This document shows, piece after piece, positions 1 through 10,000 of a stretch of 64,000 nucleotides of DNA. The position numbers and the translations under genes were made by a program. The stretch covers positions 3,968,001 through 4,032,000 of the forward strand of contig OZ001293.3 of assembly GCA_963921275.4 (NCBI GenBank), read 5' to 3'. The notes under the pieces are model-generated. The model saw only the letters and a program-made list of their open reading frames with translations. It did not search any database and was not told where the DNA came from. Position 1 is the stretch's first letter. Each line of letters begins with the position of its first letter. This DNA is from an uncultured Hormoscilla sp. GTDB lineage: Bacteria > Cyanobacteriota > Cyanobacteriia > Cyanobacteriales > Desertifilaceae.

Positions 1-1071
1 GTCCATTGGGGACTGTCATTGCTAGGGGCCCTGGGATGCATTGCTATCATGTTCTTAATCAATGCAGTTGCTACAGTAGTGGCCGCCTTGATTGTCTTGG
101 CGATCTACATTTGGTTGCAACGGCGGGAGTTAGAAACGACTTGGGGGGATGCCCGACAGGGAATATGGATGGCCCTGTTGCGGGAAGGCATTTTTCAGAT
201 CTCTCATGCGGAAGACACGAAGAACTGGCGACCCCATATTCTGGTGCTTTCTGGCATCCCGCGAAAACGCTGGTCTTTAATTGAATTAGCAGATGCTCTC
301 ACCCACAACCGAGGTTTGATTACGGTTTCTAGCGTACTGCCCAGCGGGGCCCGGGATATGGGTCAGCAGGCGGAGAGTGAAGAAAAAATCCGCGATTATC
401 TGGAAAGGCGTGGGGTACAGGCCCTGGTGCGCTTGGTGACGGCCTCGGACCCCTTTGAGGGGGCCTTGCGACTGGTGGAAACCTATGGGTTGGGCCTCCT
501 GGTCCCGAACACGATTTTGCTGGGTGATAGCGAGGCACCCGAAAGGCGCGATCGATACTGTCAGCTAATTGCCCAGATCCATCGAGCGAAGCGGAATGTG
601 GTCATTTTCCGGGAAAATCCCGATCGGGGTTTTGGTCGTCGCCGCCGCATTGATGTCTGGTGGGGAGGTTTGCAAGCCAATGGCGGTTTAATGCTCATCC
701 TAGCCTATCTGCTGCGGACTGACATTGATTGGCATAATGCCCAGATTTATCTTAAGCTTGTGGTTCCCGACCAGACTGCTGCCCAAGCAGCAGAGATAAA
801 TGTAAATAATCTGATGAAACAGCTACGCATTGGGGCTGTGTCGCAAGTCCTAGTGGCAGACGATCGTCCTTTTAATGCGATCCTGCACGAGTCGTCAGGG
901 AATGCTGACTTGGTATTTCTAGGGATGGCGAAGCCGAGGGATAATTACACCCAATATTATGAAGGCTTGCAAGCCCGTACTGCTGGTCTGCCTCCGACGG
1001 TGTTTGTGCTGGCGGCCCCTGGTTTTGCCTTTGAGGAGGTTCTCACCGAGAGTACCCCGAGTCAAAAGTAA
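1..1071 (+). CDS. Amino acid permease / SLC12-type cation-chloride cotransporter, C-terminal part (5' end lies outside the window)
   Basis: Last TM helices, then KNWRPHILVL and IDVWWGG...NGGLMLILAYLL motifs typical of the SLC12 C-terminal domain. Confidence 0.85.
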   Translation, partial: VHWGLSLLGALGCIAIMFLINAVATVVAALIVLAIYIWLQRRELETTWGDARQGIWMALLREGIFQISHAEDTKNWRPHILVLSGIPRKRWSLIELADALTHNRGLITVSSVLPSGARDMGQQAESEEKIRDYLERRGVQALVRLVTASDPFEGALRLVETYGLGLLVPNTILLGDSEAPERRDRYCQLIAQIHRAKRNVVIFRENPDRGFGRRRRIDVWWGGLQANGGLMLILAYLLRTDIDWHNAQIYLKLVVPDQTAAQAAEINVNNLMKQLRIGAVSQVLVADDRPFNAILHESSGNADLVFLGMAKPRDNYTQYYEGLQARTAGLPPTVFVLAAPGFAFEEVLTESTPSQK

Positions 1072-1072
1072 G

Positions 1073-1336
1073 GGTTTGTAGTAAGCACGAAGCGTGCTTA
1101 CCTCGCGCAAGGACTAAGTCCTTACTACGAACTATAGCGAATCTAAATCATTTGTGCAAATATCTCGGGGGGAGCGCCTGCAGCTCAAACCCTTGCAGGA
1201 CAAGTATTTGAGCACAAAAATGATTATTGCACAACTCATTTAGGCTTGCTATATGGCCGAGTCAAAAGTAAAGGTTTGTAGTAAGCACGAAGCGTGCTTA
1301 CCTCGCGCAAGGATTAAAGTCCTTACTACGAACTAT
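1073..1336. repeat. Two copies of a ~63-bp palindromic repeat (1073-1135, 1273-1336)
   Basis: GGTTTGTAGTAAGCACGAAGCGTGCTTACCTCGCGCAAGGA(C/T)TAA(A)GTCCTTACTACGAACTAT occurs twice and contains internal hairpins. Confidence 0.85.
1133..1253. mobile_element. MITE-like element inserted at a TA at the end of the first repeat copy
   Basis: Imperfect terminal inverted repeats TATAGCGAATCTAAATCATTTGTGCAA / TTGCACAACTCATTTAGGCTTGCTATA; the second repeat copy lacks the insert. Confidence 0.65.
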
Positions 1337-1362
1337 GGTTTTACGAAAAATGGCGAATGGTC

Positions 1363-2058
1363 CTAGATGCTGCCATAAACGGGGATGAGGGCACCTCGGA
1401 CATCTGCTGCTGCTTCCGAGGCGAGAAAGCAGATAACTTGCGCTAATGATTCAGGTTTTACCCAGTTCTCAGCATTTTCCACACCCATAGCTTCCCGGTT
1501 AGTGGGAGTATCAAATATGCTGGGGAGCACGACATTGGCAGTGATGTTGGTGCCCTTGGTTTCGTCGGCGATCGCTTGTGTCAGGGCGATTACTGCCGCC
1601 TTTGAGGCCCCATAGGATGCCATCTGTGCTGCGGGTTGCACGGCCCCCCGCGATCCGATAGTGACAATGCGACCATAGCCATGTGCGAGCATTTTCCGCA
1701 AGCTGTGCTTGGAGGTCAAGAATGTAGTATGCAAGTTTAAGTCAAAGTCTTGTTTCCAAAGTTGATAACTGTATTCGTGGGTTTTGCCCATGGAAAAGCC
1801 CCCCACCAGATGCAGTAAAACATCTACTCGTCCCATATCGTTCACCAGTTGTTCTACCGCTGGTTCCTGGGTGAGATCGAGGTCTACAAATCGGATCTTC
1901 GCGAAGTCGGCGGCTGGTAGAATGCTTTTGAGGCGATCGACATGTTTTTGAGTGCGATAGGGAATGGTTACCTGGGCACCTCGGGCGAGGGCGAGGGGGA
2001 CCACGCCGATGCCTAAACCGCCCGTACCGCCTGGGATTAAAACTTGTTTGTCTTTCAT
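1363..2058 (-). CDS. Short-chain dehydrogenase/reductase (FabG-like)
   Basis: GGTGGLG Rossmann motif, YGASK catalytic motif, ITANVVLPS. Confidence 0.9.
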   Translation of the reverse strand: MKDKQVLIPGGTGGLGIGVVPLALARGAQVTIPYRTQKHVDRLKSILPAADFAKIRFVDLDLTQEPAVEQLVNDMGRVDVLLHLVGGFSMGKTHEYSYQLWKQDFDLNLHTTFLTSKHSLRKMLAHGYGRIVTIGSRGAVQPAAQMASYGASKAAVIALTQAIADETKGTNITANVVLPSIFDTPTNREAMGVENAENWVKPESLAQVICFLASEAAADVRGALIPVYGSI

Positions 2059-2117
2059 AGTCTTATCTGTGTTAAGTCCTTAAGATATACTGACATTAAA
2101 GGGTTAATTTAATCAAG

Positions 2118-2480
2118 ATGCAAATTACTCAATGTCTGCATGCAGCTATCCTCGTGTCTGACCTGGAACGGGCAGAACAGTTTTATGGTAATGTGCTGGG
2201 ATTGCCCAAAGTGGATCGTCAGCTCAAATTCACGGGTGCCTGGTATCAAATCGGCAATTTCCAGATTCACCTAATTGAGAACCGAAATCTCGCGAATGCG
2301 CTGTTGAACTCAGAAAAATGGGGACAGAACCAGCACCTGGCCTTTTCTGTTGCTTGCTTGGATGAGACGAAACAGCAGCTTCTAGCTAACGGTTGTCCGA
2401 TGCAGATGAGTGCATCGGGTCGGGCCGCCCTGTTTACCCAAGACCCCGATGGCAATATCATTGAACTAAGTGAGGTCTAA
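2118..2480 (+). CDS. VOC/glyoxalase family protein
   Basis: HAAILVSDLERAEQFY...QHLAF...DPDGNIIEL. Confidence 0.9.
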   Translation: MQITQCLHAAILVSDLERAEQFYGNVLGLPKVDRQLKFTGAWYQIGNFQIHLIENRNLANALLNSEKWGQNQHLAFSVACLDETKQQLLANGCPMQMSASGRAALFTQDPDGNIIELSEV

Positions 2481-2481
2481 T

Positions 2482-3105
2482 ATGATAACAATTCAAGCCA
2501 GTAAAGTAACTCTAGCCTACCTCAGAGAAAAATTAAATCTGCAACGGACGGCGGACGAGCATTTTTTTACCGAGTGGTTAACGGACTTGCCAGAATTATC
2601 CGATGCGGAAAAGCAAGCATTAGACCAGGTAAAAAGCAATTATATTTACTTGGCAGAACTCCGTCCGATGATGGAAGACATTGTCAAGATGGTGGTGGTA
2701 TCCCGGTTGCTAGAATTGGCAGGTTTTTTCCAACCGCCTTTTGAAATTGATGGCGAACCATCGATCGAGATATTTGTTGAGGACTCCGATGATGTGATTA
2801 AAGGAAATATCGATGTCTTGGTGTTGCACGAGCAATTATGGGTTATCGTCATCGAGTCTAAACGGAATGCGTTATCCTTGGAAGCAGGAAAACCACAGAT
2901 ATTAGCTGAAATGCTGGATAACCCTCATCCTGAAAAACCTTCCTTTGGATTAATTACCAATGGGAATTACTTCAGTTTTTTCAAGTTGATGAAGCAAGCA
3001 ACTACTGTATACGCAACCTCCCATGATTTCGCGATCGGACGCGGCAATGACTTGTACATTGTTCTCAGGATCCTTAAGCGTCTCGGTCAGTTGGCTTTGC
3101 AATGA
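2482..3105 (+). CDS. Type I restriction HsdR N-terminal-like PD-(D/E)xK protein
   Basis: GNIDVLV...VIESK...Q...YGLITNG-like pattern (here FGLITNG) typical of this cyanobacterial family; ATG start at 2482 assumed. Confidence 0.75.
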   Translation: MITIQASKVTLAYLREKLNLQRTADEHFFTEWLTDLPELSDAEKQALDQVKSNYIYLAELRPMMEDIVKMVVVSRLLELAGFFQPPFEIDGEPSIEIFVEDSDDVIKGNIDVLVLHEQLWVIVIESKRNALSLEAGKPQILAEMLDNPHPEKPSFGLITNGNYFSFFKLMKQATTVYATSHDFAIGRGNDLYIVLRILKRLGQLALQ

Positions 3106-3332
3106 TAAGGTAAAGAGAGAAGATGGGAAGAGGGGCGATCGCCTTTGATTTGAGTAAGCACCCGATCGTTTCACCAATTCTTTATAATTGCCATTTATGC
3201 AGTTAAAATGCTGTCTATTCAGCTAAATCCAGAAAAGCATTAATTTCTCCAACTAGCCATTCTTTCTCAGCTTGGGTAAAAAAGAAACCAAAACTATCAA
3301 TATGCGTCTTAACTCTACCAGATATAACGCGA

Positions 3333-3900
3333 TCATATGAGTGCGATATTACTACACATACTGTCTACTGTATATTTTTTTTTATTTTTTAGCTCTTTAA
3401 TCCCTTGCAATTCTATCCGCTCTATTTTATTTGTACTCGTGTATGATTCCTTATTTAGTAAACCTAGAAAACTCTGCTGTAACCTAAAATTATCTTTGTC
3501 AATCCCTATTGCGATCGCCAGTGGCGATCGCAAACTATCCCTCATACCTACTATTAAATACATTGAGGATACTATCCATATTCCAAACATTATAATCATG
3601 ATTATACAACCCACTAGCATTTTTACAATAAAATCAGTTATTTCCTTAACAATACTCCGGACCGTTTTGGGTGTACGACGCTGTAAGGCTTACAGCGTCA
3701 GCCTTTGGGAGAGCGAGCCATTTTTTACAAGTTAGCCCTGGGGCTGACCTTGAAAAAAATGATGCCAGTATGCCGTAACCCTTGCTATATCGTGATTCTG
3801 GGGTATAAAAACTGTCCGGACTATTGAATTCGCCGATCTGTATGGGTCTACCGGAAATGGATGGCCAGTAACGTTTTTGGTTGGGTGTGATGCTCTCCAC
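3333..3900 (-). pseudogene. Fragmented hypothetical membrane protein
   Basis: Short broken minus-strand ORFs (3333-3620, 3646-3900), one with a TM segment; no recognisable family. Confidence 0.3.
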
Positions 3901-4134
3901 GATCGCGCTCTTTGCGATCGTGGAATGGTTGGCAGGGTATTTAAGCCATAGCTTGGCCCTGCGATCGAATGCCTGGGTTGCAGATGCGGGCGCAATTTTG
4001 CTGGCGAAGAAGTGCGAGTTGGTTGACGGCTAATGTCGGCCGTCTAGATGCGATCGCCGCTAACCACAGTATTAAACTAAGCCAGTACGTCACCGTACCG
4101 ACTCGTCTTCAGAACCGGACGTGAAACTTTCATC

Positions 4135-6377
4135 TCATCCTGGCTCCTCAGTTTCGTCATCCTTGTCATGGATACGACCTTTGCTGCCATCTCTGGCAGA
4201 CTTATAATCATGGCAATAATCGTGTAGCAACTGTAGGTTAGAGTACCAGTCCTTTCCTCCTTGCGAGACTGGTAGAATGTGGTCAACCTCCCATTTGTCG
4301 CCGTCCTTAAACATTAGTCCGCAATGTTGACATTTGCCCTTCTGTCTCTTGAGTAGGTTAATAACTCTCGTACTTACGTCCGGGCTTTTTCTTAGTCTCT
4401 GGCTCCAGTAGACTAGGTTACCGTCAAACGGGCTAGCTGTCCCCTTAACCTTTACGTGTCTGTGCGATTCGTTCTAGCCTAACGTGGTCAAACACGGAAC
4501 GCTAGCCCGGTTTCATTAGCCGGGAACTCTGACCGCATGGGGGTTAAATTCCCCTCCCCCCAGGTACGGGGGTGACACCGGTCCTCGGTGCTACGAAGCG
4601 ACATCATCGTGGTGCTAAGCGAGGACTCAAATGTAGGATAACTGGCAGCCTAAGCCGGTGACGCCGCTAGGAAAGATATCCAAGGTTAGAGCAGGCAAAC
4701 ATGTGCAAGCCTCGTTATAAGGAACCAGCGAAATAAGGCTATATGCGCTGGCCTAAAAAGGAAATGGTAGCTAGTATTAGTTTTAGACTCTGGCTAATAT
4801 AGTACTCAAATAGCTCCCGGGGTATAGTGTGGACCTAAAGGTATCGCGAAATGTTGTTAGGGAACGAAGTAACCTCTCGTGTGCTGTCCATCAGGACAAG
4901 TTAGATGTTAAGCGCAAGCCACGGGGGGAGGGATGGCCCAAGAAGCGAATGCCCGGGGTAATTCCTGGGATAACATCTACAGTAATGTAGATGATGCTGG
5001 GTAGCCAGCGCTGACGTGGGTCGGTGATACTAGGAAGCTGCTGGAATGAGTAATCCTAAAAAGCCACAGAACTAATCCGAACGCAAGTGGAGGATAAGGT
5101 ATGGATAACTGGTAAAACTGACTTGAAAATGGTGATACTAACGGTTATCAGAACAACCACTCGCTAAACCAGGAAAGGGAAGAAAAGACAGGCGGCAAGG
5201 GCTAACGGAAGTAATTCCTATTAAGTCTACCTATGAAAAGGGCCTAGTACCCAGTAGCCGGATGCGGTGAAAATCGCAAGTCCGGTTCCTCAAGGGAGGG
5301 TCGGGAAGCGATTCCCGGCTCGACCCCATCCGATTATCTCAGTTTCCGAGTGCCGGTTTAGCTTTATTTCTCCATTTTCTTTTGATTTGCCAGTGAACCT
5401 CCACCGGTCCTTCCCGGTTACGGTCCAATATTTTCCGGCAATCCATCCGCCCGACTTGTTGGGATGCCTTCTCTTTCCCCATTGCCACAGCAGCTTCCAT
5501 AGGTATTCGTCCATGTCATTGTAAGTTTCCTTACTTACCACCGTCTTGAAGTAGTTGCTCCATCCCCTTATCATTGGGTTTAGTTTGGCTATCAAGACTG
5601 TCTGTGGCGCCGATTTATGGCGGCGAACTATCTGCGATAGCTGCTCTTTATGATTCCTAATGGACTTATCGCTAGGCTTGATTACGGTCTTGAATCCTAG
5701 GAGGGTTCCGTCGCCGGATTTGCCGCTTCTGTATTTCCCTACTTTAAACTGTCGGATATTGAACCCTAGGAAGTCAAATCCTGGGCTTTCTCCTTCCAGT
5801 GTGTGGGATATCCTGGTTTTTTCGGCTTTCAACTCTAGTCCCACCCCCTTCAACCACTCTTTAATCACTCCTTGCGCTCGCTCAATCGTTGACCGGTCAT
5901 CGTGCATCACCACAAAATCATCGGCGTATCTAACTACCGTTAGCCTCCTTTCCTCTTTCTTTGTGCGGGCAAGATTCATTACTAATCTTTCCAGCCCATG
6001 CAGGGCTATATTGGCTAGCAATGGTGATATTACTCCGCCTTGAGGAGTTCCGGCTTCTGTGGTCTGCCATATCCCCTGGTCCATCACCCCCGGCTTTTAG
6101 CCATACCCGTATCTGTCTACGGATTAGCGATGTAGTATTCAATTTCTTTAGGAGTGTGGAGTGGTCGATTCTGTCGAAACATTTCGCAATATCCGCATCT
6201 AACACCCATTTTGGTTTTTGTCTGATGCTATTGAATATCGCTGCGAACTTTTTGCTTATTGCCTTCCTGTGCCGCTCTGTAAATTCGTTTTTGCAGCTTA
6301 AAAACTACCCTTTCCAGCTTTCGCCAAGGGGCCGCCTTCCATTCATACTCTTGCCTTTTGACTGAGTTCCGTGACAT
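4135..6377 (-). pseudogene. ltrA: Group II intron reverse transcriptase/maturase/HNH (LtrA-like), inactivated
   Basis: N-terminal WRKLERVVFKLQKRIY joins directly to AIFNSIRQKPKWVLDADIAKCFD (internal deletion). Frameshift near 6087. GTPQGGVISPLLANI and YADD are present. HNH domain (CQHCG...EVDHILP...NLQLLHDYCH) at 4135-4461 is separated by the inner intron. Confidence 0.92.
4462..5331 (+). mobile_element. ORF-less group II intron inserted antisense into the host intron's RT gene
   Basis: Starts GTGCGATTCG; domain V AGCCGGATGCGGTGAAAATCGCAAGTCCGGTT and a domain VI hairpin. Removing 4462-5331 restores HSETEII-RHVKVKG in frame. The exact 3' end is uncertain (5329-5331). Confidence 0.9.
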
Positions 6378-7004
6378 GTGTACTACTACTTACAACTTTA
6401 CAATTGACGAAACCGTGAGGGCGTCAGCCTATCCCATCCATTACAGACGGGCATTTGCTTCTCCACTCAATCTCCCAGTTGCGACCTGCCAAATGAAAGC
6501 AGATTTTTCGCCTGCGGTGGCTACTCCATCTATCGACCGGTGATGGAGAGTCTACAACCGGTTTACTTCGTTCCTACAGATGATTGGTTGTAACTTTAGA
6601 TGGGTTCTATACGCCGGGTTTATTGTCAGTGCTTACTGGTCGGGATAACATCCGCCAGTGACCATTATCCTTTCCCTTTTGGGGCCAGTGTGTCAGCCTT
6701 ATTTCACTGGTTTAATGTAACGACGCTGCAAACCTTTGCTTTATGCTCATCATAGCTACTTGCACGCTGCGCGAAAAATCGGCGATAACCGGTTTAGGCT
6801 CCCAGTTAGTACGCCTTTCATCCCCGCTTTACGGATTGATGCCATCTCTACCGTAGGGGAAGTGCTGTCACTTCTGCACCTTAAGGGGTGGACTTTCACC
6901 ACCATCATCTGTAAGTTATCAGGGCAAATGAAACCCTGTTAGCAGTCCCCCACCAGTTATTACTGGCGGTTTATGCTAAACGAATCGCACGAAATCATCA
7001 TTAA

Positions 7005-10000
7005 TCAGGTCTCATCAATCCCCTGCAGGGTGGCCATGGTTTTCGATTCAAAGTTAATCCAGGTATCGAGGCCCTGAGAACCTCCTGCTAGCGCATTCGC
7101 ATCCATATAATCTTCAAAGTCTATGATAGTATCCCAGCCCATGCCCGACTCCAAGACAAAAATATCGGCGTCCTCTCCTCCGTGGAGGGTATCGCTTCCC
7201 TCCCCGCCGATCAGAGTGTCCTCCTCCTCCTTCTCAAAGAGTGATAAAGTTAGGGGTTGGGGGTTGAAAGTTAGGGGTTGACGAGTATTGCTGAAGTTAA
7301 GGTCAGTAGGAGACTCGGCAACATTGTTCACATTAATAATCAAAGCCTCCGAGTAACTGGCCCCAGTAACGTCAATAGTCTGAACGCGGATACTGTAACT
7401 CGACCTCATCTCCAAAGCCGGAGAACTATTAATTAGCAATTGGTCCCCTACTATAGTGAAAGCAGCGTTATCATCCTCACCAAAACCAGAGATTAACCCG
7501 TAGGTAAAAGTATTTCCCCCGTCCGGATCGCTAGTTCCGAAAGTCCCCACGATCGCACCCACACGGGAATTAGAATTAATGCTGCCATTACTAAGAACTA
7601 TATCAGTAGGAGACTCAGCAACATTGTTCACATTAATAATCAAAGCCTCCAAGTAACTGTTCCCAGTCGAGTCGGTAGTCTGAACGAATATCCTGTAAAT
7701 CTCCTGAGTCTCAAAATCCGGAGAACTGTTAATTCGCAGTTGGTCCCCCACTATAGTGAAAGCAGCATTATCATCGTCACCGTCGCCCGAGACTAACTGG
7801 TAAGTAAAAGTATCTCCATTATCGAGATCGGTAGTAGACAAAGTCCCCACAACTGCACCCTCAGGAGAATCTTCATTGATGCTGCTGCTGCTAAGGACTA
7901 GGTCGGTAGGAGACTCGCCGACATCGTTGACGTTAATAATCAAGACCTCCGAGTAACTGGCCCCAGTCGAGTCGGTAGTCTGGACGCGGAGGCTGTAACT
8001 GGACTGAGTCTCAAAGTCAGGGGAATTGTTAATTCGCAGTTGGTTACCTACTATGGTGAAGGCATTGTTGCCGGAGACAAGCATGTAGGTAAAGCTATCT
8101 CCCTCGTCGGGGTCAGTAGTTCCGAAAGTCCCCACGACAGTATTGGCTGGGGAGTTTTCGTTGATATTGATGCTGCTGCTAAGAATTATATCAGTAGGAG
8201 AAGAATTCTCTGCTTCATCAATAACATTAATAGTCAAGACCTCCTCAAAACTATTACTAGCAGAGTCAGTAGTCTGGACGCGGAGGCTGTAACTGGACTG
8301 AGTCTCAAAGTCCAAAGAACTGTTAGTTAGCAGTTGGTCCCCTACTATAGTAAAGTTGGTCCCCTACTATAGTAAAAGCATTGTTGCCGAAGACTAACTC
8401 GTAGGTAAAGCTATTTCCATCGTCAGGATCGCTAGTAGACAAAGTCCCCACAACTGCACCCAATGGAGAGTTTTCGTTGATGCTGCTGCTGCTAAGGACT
8501 ATGGAGGTAGGAAAAGAATTCTCTGCAATATCATTCACATTAATAGTCAAGACCTCCTCAAAACTATTATTAGCAGAGTCAGTAGTCTGGACGCGGAGGC
8601 TGTAACTGGACTGAGTCTCAAAGTCCAAAGAACTGTTAGTTAGCAGTTGGTCCCCTACTATAGTAAAGGCATTGTTGCCGGAGACAAGCATGTAGGTAAA
8701 GCTATCTCCCTCGTCGGGGTCGGTAGTTGAGAAAGTCCCCACAACTGCACCCAATGGAGAGTTTTCGTTGATGCTGCTGCTGCTAAGGACTATGGAGGTA
8801 GGAGAAGAATTCTCTGCAATATCATTCACATTAATAGTCAAAACCTCCTCAAAACTATTATTAGCAGAGTCAGTAGTCTGGACGCGGAGACTGTAACTGG
8901 ACTGAGTCTCAAAGTCCAAAGAACTGTTAGTTAGCAGTTGGTCCCCTACTATAGTAAAGGCATTGTTGCCGGAGACAAGCATGTAGGTAAAGCTATCTCC
9001 CTCGTCGGGATCGCTAGTAGACAAAGTCCCCACAACTGCACCCAATGGAGAGTTTTCGTTGATGCTGCTGCTGCTAAGGACTATGGAGGTAGGAGAAGAA
9101 TTCTCTGCAATATCATTCACATTAATAGTCAAGACCTTCTCAAAACTATTATTAGCAGAGTCAGTAGTCTGGACGCGGAGACTGTAACTGGACTGAGTCT
9201 CAAAGTCCAAAGAACTGTTAGTTAGCAGTTGGTCCCCTACTATAGTAAAGGCATTGTTGCCGGAGACAAGCATGTAGGTAAAGCTATCTCCCTCGTCGGG
9301 GTCGGTAGTTGAGAAAGTCCCTACGACTGCATTATCAGGAGAGTTTTCATCAATGCTGCTGTTGCTAAGGACTAGGTCGGTAGGAGAGGAGTTGACATTG
9401 TTGACATTAATAGTAAAAGCCTCCGAGTAACTAAGCCCACCAGCATCAGTAGTCTGGACGCGGATGCTGTAACTGGACTGGGTCTCAAAGTCAGAGGAAC
9501 TGTTAATTTGCAGTGAGTTCCCTTCTATGGTGAAGGCGTCGTTATTATCGTCACCGTCGCCTGTGACTAACTGGTAGGTAAAGGGATCGGAAGAGTCAGG
9601 ATCGGTAGTTGAGAAAGTCCCTACGACTGCATTATCAGGGGAGTTAGAATCAATGCTATTCTTGCTAAGGACTATGGAGGTCGGAGGTTCGGGAATATCG
9701 TTGACGCTAATAGTCAAGGCTTCTGAGTAACTAAGCCCACCAGCATCAGTAGTCTGGACGCGGATGCTGTAACTGGACTGGGTCTCAAAGTCAGGGGAAC
9801 TGTTAATTTGCAGTGAGTTCCCTTCTATGGTGAAGGCGTCGTTATTATTGTCACCGTCGCCTGTGACTAACTGGTAGGTAAAGGGATCGGAAAAGTCAGG
9901 ATCGGTAGTTGAGAAAGTCCCTACGACTGCATTATCAGGGGAGTTAGAATCAATGCTATTCTTGCTAAGGACTAGGTCGGTCGGAGAGGAGTTGACATTG

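Larger units (their letters stand above)
4071..6990 (-). mobile_element. Group II intron (IIB-like) with decayed RT/maturase ORF, host of a nested intron
   Basis: Minus strand begins GTGCGATTCG at 6990. It ends with domain V GAGCCAGGATGAGATGAAAGTTTCACGTCCGGTTCTGAAGACGAG and domain VI ...TTAGTTTAAT at 4071. The joined exons read LINDDF|TVV, the RTX-type tail of the upstream gene. Confidence 0.92.

Noticed and set aside
3337..3735. 132-aa hydrophobic plus-strand ORF
   Set aside because: Probably the antisense shadow of a decayed minus-strand gene; no recognisable motifs
5290..6205. RT as part of a retron, DGR or defence RT system
   Set aside because: It lies within complete group II intron ends and has maturase and HNH regions; no template/variable repeat pair with adenine-specific differences was seen
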